Origin: Alphaproteobacteria bacterium
GTDB taxonomy: Bacteria; Pseudomonadota; Alphaproteobacteria; UBA828
Reading direction: 5' to 3'
DNA: 64,000 nt
NCBI GenBank assembly: GCA_965221125.1
Contig: CBDCRW010000004.1
Coordinates: 128,001-192,000 of the forward strand
Below are positions 58,486 to 64,000 of this stretch, piece after piece; the first letter of the stretch is position 1, and each line of letters begins with the position of its first letter. The notes under the pieces are model-generated. The model was not told the origin of the DNA and did no database searches. It saw only the letters and a program-made list of their open reading frames with translations. A program made the position numbers and the translations under genes.

Positions 58486-59613
58486 CTACTTCGGATAGTC
58501 GGCCGAGAAGGTCTCCGGATCGTAGTCCGGGCCCACACCGCTCGACATGATGACCGAGCCCGGCTTGTCCATCAGGGCGTAGTCCTTGACGTAGACATCC
58601 GCCTGCACCGAGGCGGTCTCGGCGCCTTCGGAGACCACGATCTGCTGGTTCACTTCGATCCGGCGCGGAATGCCCTTGCCGGCCAGCACGTCGAACAGCA
58701 GCTCGAAGGACACGGCGCCCATGGCGGGCGGATAGTCGATGCCGACCATCGGAACCTGGTTCTGCACGCTCAGCTGGTACATCGCGTTGAAGTCCCCGCC
58801 CGTATGCGGCGGGATCGACCCGGCCTCGTAGCCGGCGGCGAGGAAGGCCTCGATCGAGCCCGAGCCCTGCAGGCCGGAATCGGCCCAGACGCCGGCGATG
58901 TCCTGGCCGTACTTCTGGATGAGCGCCGCCATGATGGTCTTGCCGTTGGCCGGCGACCAGGACGTGTACTGGACCTCCAGCACCTCGATGCCGGGGTACT
59001 GGTTGAAGACCTCGTGCGCCGCCTTGATGCGGTTCTCCGCAGGCGAGGCGCCGGCCAGCCCGCCCAGCATCACAACCTTGCCCTCGAAGTTCAGCGTCTC
59101 CGCCAGCCACTGGGCGGAGATGCGCCCCAGCGCCTGGTCGGAGGCGGTCACGAAGGTGATGTAGCTGTCCTTGGACGTGACCTCGCGGTCCACCAGCACG
59201 ATCGGCACACCGCTCTTGTTCGCCCTGCGCAGCGCGGGATCCAGCGCTTCGGCGGTCGCCGGGCTGACGAGCAGGATGTCGACTCCCTGGGCGAGCAGGT
59301 CCTGAATGTCGGCGGCCTGCTTGGACGGGTTGTCGTTGGCGTCGGTGATGATGAAGCGCTCGAGCTTGTCCTTGTTGCGCTCGGCGGCGGCTTCGATGCC
59401 GTGAAGCATGGCGACGCGCCAGGGATTGGACAGGCTCGCGTTGGAGAAGCCAATGACGTAGGGGCCGTCCTTCTTGTGCTCGGCCGCGTCGTAGATGTCG
59501 ACGCTGCCGGGGTTCCACAGGAAGGTGCGGGGCACGCCCTCGTAGTCGGCGCTCGCCGACACCGCGACGAACATCCCGGCGGCGGCCAGGGCGCATATCT
59601 TGAGCAGTCGCAT
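58486..59613 (-). CDS. Ribose-type ABC substrate-binding protein
   Basis: Signal peptide, IGFSNAS..NPWR, KQAADI.DL, VPIVLVDR. Confidence 0.9.
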   Translation of the reverse strand: MRLLKICALAAAGMFVAVSASADYEGVPRTFLWNPGSVDIYDAAEHKKDGPYVIGFSNASLSNPWRVAMLHGIEAAAERNKDKLERFIITDANDNPSKQAADIQDLLAQGVDILLVSPATAEALDPALRRANKSGVPIVLVDREVTSKDSYITFVTASDQALGRISAQWLAETLNFEGKVVMLGGLAGASPAENRIKAAHEVFNQYPGIEVLEVQYTSWSPANGKTIMAALIQKYGQDIAGVWADSGLQGSGSIEAFLAAGYEAGSIPPHTGGDFNAMYQLSVQNQVPMVGIDYPPAMGAVSFELLFDVLAGKGIPRRIEVNQQIVVSEGAETASVQADVYVKDYALMDKPGSVIMSSGVGPDYDPETFSADYPK

Positions 59614-59780
59614 GGTCTCCTCCTGTTCGTAAATTGCCTGTCGACCAGGTCGAAGCGGGTGCAACCGGCCCCGCGGGACGGTCCACATCGGATGTTAGTT
59701 GAGTGCAGGCGGCGAGGCCATGCTCTGCGAGGCTGACCGGGCACCCGGATGCGTTTTGCAGTTCGATGTTTCGCCTGGGA

Positions 59781-60245
59781 CTACTTGTCGGCGAGCCAGG
59801 GGTAGCGCGCGTTATCGCCCCCGGCGTAGTCGGGGTCGAGATAGATGAAGCAGCGCTGGATCTTCCAGTCGCGGATCTCGAACACGTCGCACCAGCGCCC
59901 GGCACCGTGCTCGGGCACGCCGGCCCGCCAGGGGCCGTCGCGATGCTCGCCGTGGCTGGTGCCCTCGACCACGAGATAGTCGCTGCCGGAGAAGATGTAG
60001 TTGAAGTGCGAGTAGTGGTGCAGGATCGACTTGATGGTGCCGCCCACGTCGGTGAAGAGCTGGCCGATCTCCTCCTTGCCGGTGGCGATGCCCCATTTCG
60101 GGAAGTAGACCTGCGCGTCGTCGGCGAACAGGTCCATGATGCTTCCCCCCGTGGACGTCACGCCGCCGTTGTCGAAGGCCTTGAGATATTCGAGGGCGAC
60201 CGACTTGCGCTGCTCGTCGGTCATCGTCTGCGTGCAAAGCGCCAT
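59781..60245 (-). CDS. NTF2/SnoaL-like protein
   Basis: LFADDAQVYFP, VVEGT, WCDVFEIRD.KI...IYLD. Confidence 0.85.
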   Translation of the reverse strand: MALCTQTMTDEQRKSVALEYLKAFDNGGVTSTGGSIMDLFADDAQVYFPKWGIATGKEEIGQLFTDVGGTIKSILHHYSHFNYIFSGSDYLVVEGTSHGEHRDGPWRAGVPEHGAGRWCDVFEIRDWKIQRCFIYLDPDYAGGDNARYPWLADK

Positions 60246-60295
60246 GTTGTTCCTCCTTGCGCGTTCGATCTCTTGCAGATGTCCGGGCGGATGCC

Positions 60296-61969
60296 CTAGT
60301 TGGTGAGCTTCAGCGGCTCGCGGTCGGCCTCGTTCGCCGCCAGATAGGCAAAGGCCAGAATGGGACCCAGGGTAGCGCCGCCGGCCCAGTAGGCGCGGGC
60401 CGAGGCCGAGGCGACGCAGTTGCCGACGCCGTAAAGCCCCGTGATCGGCGTGTCCGTGTCGTCGAGGATATTGCCGGTGGGCGTGGCCTTGGGCCCGCCC
60501 TTGGTGTCGAGGGTTCCGCCGGAAAGCAGCGCCGCGTAGTAGGGCCCCTCGGCGCCGATCGGGTACATGGTGGCGTTGGGCGCGGACGGCTCCTCCGCCA
60601 CCGGCCCGTTGAAGAGCTGCTCCACCTGGCGCTCGCCGCGATGGAAGTCGAGATCCTTGCCGCTCTCGGCAAAGCCGTTGAAGCGCTCGATCGCCGTTGC
60701 CAGGTTGGCCTCGAAGTCCGACGAGAGCCGGACCCCGCCGGTCTCGGCCTCGTAGCGCGCGAGCCGCTCGTCGATGGCCTTGGTCAGCGCGCCCAGGGTC
60801 TCGCCCTTGATGACGTGGGCGTCGTCCACACCGGGCGGCACGATGAAGCGGCCGTATTCGTCGCTCGCACAGTGATCCTGGCTGCGCTGGTCCCATATCG
60901 CGATCAGCACCAGATTGGGATACTCGCCTGCCGTCGGGTCCCACTCGTAGAACTTTTGGGCCATCTCGTTGTAGGCGAGCTTCTCGTTGGCGACACGGTG
61001 CCCCTGCCTGCTCACGTAGATCATGGAATCGCCCGAGGGCGAGAAGGTGCCGATCAACGAAGGATCGCGGGCAATCGCCTTCTCCAGCACCACCGGGCAC
61101 ATCCAGGCGTAGTTCATGTTCCGAAGCTGCGCGCCCACGCTGCCTGCGATGGGGATGAAGTCGCCCTCGTTGGTCTTCGCGGCGCAGCCGCCGTAGATCG
61201 GCACGTTCAGGAAATTCTTGCGGATCTCGACATTGTGAGTGAAGCCGCCAGTGCAGAAGACCACGGCCTTGCGGGCGTGGAAGCGCCGCGCCGTGCCGTT
61301 GCCGGCGCTGGCCTCGACACCGACGACATCGCCCGCGAGGTTGCGGACGATGCGCTGCACCCGGTGCCCGGTGCGGATATCGACGCCGGCCTCGGCGGCC
61401 GCGCGCGACATCGATTCCACGGCCCGAAGGCCGCCGTCCGACATGGTGTCCCTGGCATCGACGGGAACCAGAACCCGGCCTGTGGGCGCCTTGTCCTCCG
61501 GCAGCTCGGCCCAGTAGTCCGGCACGAAGTCGCAATGCCGATAATCGAGCGCACCCTTCTCCTTCAACAGTTCGGTCGCGGTCGCAGCATTGTCGTAGAT
61601 CGCCTCGAACATCGCGTACTCCCACGCCGGCATGCCGAGATGCTCATCCGTGGGGTCGTAGCACTCCGGCCGCGATAGCCGCGCCATGTAGCGCAGGCAG
61701 TCTTCTCGCGGGTCCTCCATGCCCTTGTCCCGCATCGCCTGGTTGTTGGGGACCCAGTACCAGAAGGCGGCCTTGCGCGTGGTCCCGCCGATCTCCGGCG
61801 CCTTCTCCAGGATCAGCACGCTGTTGCCGAGCCAGCGAGTGAAGAGCGCGGTCGCCAGGCCGCCGGCGCCGGCGCCGACACAGACGATGTCGAAGGCGTC
61901 GTCATAAGGGCCGCGCGCGGCGGCTGGGCGGGCGGATTCGCGTTGCGGGATCGGCGAAAGCTCTGTCAT
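60296..61969 (-). CDS. FAD-dependent oxidoreductase (KstD/flavocytochrome-like family)
   Basis: VGAGAGG, LEK...GGTT, TGGF, LDTKGG, GLYGVGN, GGATLG. Confidence 0.85.
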   Translation of the reverse strand: MTELSPIPQRESARPAAARGPYDDAFDIVCVGAGAGGLATALFTRWLGNSVLILEKAPEIGGTTRKAAFWYWVPNNQAMRDKGMEDPREDCLRYMARLSRPECYDPTDEHLGMPAWEYAMFEAIYDNAATATELLKEKGALDYRHCDFVPDYWAELPEDKAPTGRVLVPVDARDTMSDGGLRAVESMSRAAAEAGVDIRTGHRVQRIVRNLAGDVVGVEASAGNGTARRFHARKAVVFCTGGFTHNVEIRKNFLNVPIYGGCAAKTNEGDFIPIAGSVGAQLRNMNYAWMCPVVLEKAIARDPSLIGTFSPSGDSMIYVSRQGHRVANEKLAYNEMAQKFYEWDPTAGEYPNLVLIAIWDQRSQDHCASDEYGRFIVPPGVDDAHVIKGETLGALTKAIDERLARYEAETGGVRLSSDFEANLATAIERFNGFAESGKDLDFHRGERQVEQLFNGPVAEEPSAPNATMYPIGAEGPYYAALLSGGTLDTKGGPKATPTGNILDDTDTPITGLYGVGNCVASASARAYWAGGATLGPILAFAYLAANEADREPLKLTN

Positions 61970-61982
61970 GACCTTATACCCG

Positions 61983-64000
61983 TTATGTTGGCGTGGCGCG
62001 GCGGCTGGCTAGGATACGCAGGAGATGACCCACGCGGCCGGTCGGCAGACGCCCGGAATAGAGAAGGACGGCCAGCAGAGTCAATGCGCCGCTGACGATG
62101 ACTCCAAGCGCGGTGTTGACCGCAAGGAACGGCATGATGTTGACGATCAGCGTGAAGAAGATCGCGCCCAGCAGTGCACCGGAATAGGAGCCGCGCCCGC
62201 CGGAGAGCGCGGCCCCGCCCAGCACCGCGGCGGCGATGCTCGTGAGCGTGTAAGTGGTGCCCACCGTCGGGTGCCCGACGCCCACCTCGGTGCTGAGGAA
62301 GAGCCCGGCGAGCGCCGCGATGCCGCCCGAGATCACGTAGGCGCGGAAGTGCACGAAGCCGGTCTTGATGCCGTTGCGCCGCGCCGCTTCCTCGTGGAAG
62401 CCGACGGCCCGGAGCCGGAGCCCGCTCTTGGTGCGGTAAAGCCAGAGATCGCCGATCACGGCGAGCGCGATCAGGCCGAGGAAGGAGACCGGCAGAAAGT
62501 CGATCCGTGTGCGCAGCGCGGACATGAAGACCGGCTCCACCAGCCCCGTCGGCACCGGCCTGAAGTGGAGAGCCACGCCCTGCAGCACGCTGAGCATGGC
62601 GATGGTGGTGATGACCGGGTTGATGTGCAGCCGCCGCACCATCGTCCCGTTGATGACCCCGACCGCAAGCCCGGCACCGAGACAGGCGAGCGTGCCGCCG
62701 AACAGCACCGGGATATCCACCCCCATGCCAATCAGGAAGGAGGCGGCGACGACCGTCATGCTCATCAGCGAGCCGACCGACATGTCGAACCCGCCGACCA
62801 GCAGCGCGTTCAACTGGGCCATCGCTACGAGCGCGAGCGGCGCGGTCGCCAGCAGCAGGTGGCGCCCGTTGAGCGGGGAGAGGAAGGCGTCGGACTGGCT
62901 CGAGGCGTAGGCGCCGACCAGGACGATCAGCAGCAGGAGAAAGCCCAGAGGCGTCCACCACTGATTGCGTGCGAGCGCGAGCCGCCCGACATCCCGCGCG
63001 AGAGAGAAGCCTGCGGGCGTTGCGGACGTGCTTGGCGCGGCGGCGGTCTCCGTCGTGCGCCCCACTCGCGACGTCAGGAACGAGGAGACGATGTTCTCCT
63101 CGCTCACCTCGTCGCCCACCAGCTCCCTGATGAGGCGCCCGCGCGAGAACACCAGCACCCGGTCGCAGAGGCCGGCAAGCTCCAGCGCGTCCGACGAGTT
63201 GATGACGAAGGTGGTGCCGCTGTCGGCCTTGGCGCGCACCGCCTGATAGATGTCGAAGCGCGCGGCCGCGTCCACGCCCTGGGTGGGCTCGTCGATCAGC
63301 ACCACCTTGGCGCCGTGCAGGAAGCTCCGCGCCAGCATGCTTTTCTGCTGGTTGCCGCCGGAGAGCGAGACGATGGGCTGATCCAGCGACGCGGTGACGA
63401 TGTCGAGCTCCTCGATCATGTCGCGCGTGCGCCCGCGCTCCTTGCGGCCCGAGACCACGCTAGCGGTCGCGAAGTCCTTGAGGACCTGGATCGTGATGTT
63501 TTCGCGCACGCTCAGGGCCGGATAGATCGATTCCACGGCCCGGTCGCCGCTCAGCATCATCACGCCGGCGCCGAGCGCACGCTGCGGCGCGTCGAGCGGG
63601 AAGCGCCGTCCTTCGCAGGCGAGAGTGCCCGCCGCGTCCTCGAAGCCGCCGACGGCGCGCAGCACCTCGCGCTGCCCGTTGCCCTCGGCGCCGGCGAGGC
63701 CGAGGATCTCGCCCCGATGGACCTCGAAACTGACGTCACTGAAGGCGTTGCCGGAAAGCGCCTGCGCCGTGAGGCACACCTCGGTCGACAGGATCTCCCG
63801 CTTGGACGGAAACTCCGCCTCGATCGGCCGGCCGACCATGAGCGCGATGAGGTCGTCCTCGGAGAGCGCGTGGGTGTCGAAGGTGCCCTGCCCCTCACCG
63901 TCGCGCAGCACGGTCACGCGCTGGGCGAGGGAGAGGATTTCGGGGAGACGATGGCTGACATAGACTACCGTCGTGCCCTCGGCGACGATTCCACGGACGA
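61983..64000 (-). CDS. Fused sugar ABC ATPase-permease (runs off the window end)
   Basis: Second NBD with LSGGNQQK and DEPTQGVD continues without a stop into an RbsC-type permease (GFDMSVG, SIAAAVLGG). Confidence 0.88.
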   Translation of the reverse strand, partial: VRGIVAEGTTVVYVSHRLPEILSLAQRVTVLRDGEGQGTFDTHALSEDDLIALMVGRPIEAEFPSKREILSTEVCLTAQALSGNAFSDVSFEVHRGEILGLAGAEGNGQREVLRAVGGFEDAAGTLACEGRRFPLDAPQRALGAGVMMLSGDRAVESIYPALSVRENITIQVLKDFATASVVSGRKERGRTRDMIEELDIVTASLDQPIVSLSGGNQQKSMLARSFLHGAKVVLIDEPTQGVDAAARFDIYQAVRAKADSGTTFVINSSDALELAGLCDRVLVFSRGRLIRELVGDEVSEENIVSSFLTSRVGRTTETAAAPSTSATPAGFSLARDVGRLALARNQWWTPLGFLLLLIVLVGAYASSQSDAFLSPLNGRHLLLATAPLALVAMAQLNALLVGGFDMSVGSLMSMTVVAASFLIGMGVDIPVLFGGTLACLGAGLAVGVINGTMVRRLHINPVITTIAMLSVLQGVALHFRPVPTGLVEPVFMSALRTRIDFLPVSFLGLIALAVIGDLWLYRTKSGLRLRAVGFHEEAARRNGIKTGFVHFRAYVISGGIAALAGLFLSTEVGVGHPTVGTTYTLTSIAAAVLGGAALSGGRGSYSGALLGAIFFTLIVNIMPFLAVNTALGVIVSGALTLLAVLLYSGRLPTGRVGHLLRILASRRATPT

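Noticed and set aside
60246-61625. Long N-terminal extension of the 614-aa ORF ending at 59781
   Set aside because: Alternate frame overlapping the FAD oxidoreductase; the real gene starts at 60245 after an AGGAGG RBS.

Overview
GC-rich alphaproteobacterial chromosome segment. The permuted two-piece tmRNA followed by sspB, plus thyX and ffs-dnaX-ybaB-recR, point to this class; a Rhodospirillales-like, possibly host-associated lineage is an inference. Positions 1-21.5 kb are mostly housekeeping: hflK, apbC/mrp, thyX, ssrA, sspB, fumC, pepP, prmA, ffs, dnaX, ybaB, recR, a metF-like gene, a sulfotransferase and two divergent porin paralogs. Positions 21.6-29.5 kb form an accessory zone. Its centre is a precisely bounded 4,621-bp TGT...ACA transposon (22476-27096) with a 5-bp CTCGG target duplication. 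It encodes a Cys/His protein, a Mu/TnsB-like DDE transposase, an ExeA/TnsC-like AAA+ ATPase and a translationally coupled RepA/SF4-type helicase-like ATPase, and has a highly structured non-coding leader. The element splits one of two paralogous genes that encode tandem Cro-like domains plus an excisionase-type HTH. Positions 29.6-64 kb hold sugar/cyclitol uptake and catabolic modules (four ABC systems, mocD/mocE-like genes, Gfo/Idh/MocA dehydrogenases, a non-canonical PanB) and an ACP-FAAL-acyltransferase fusion. This part also has an IS1111-type IS110 whose 3' non-coding region carries readable target and donor guides (bridge/seek RNA), a DUF4338-fused ISAs1 with a 10-bp TSD, and many gene remnants. 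All protein family calls come from motif recognition by eye; no database search was run.
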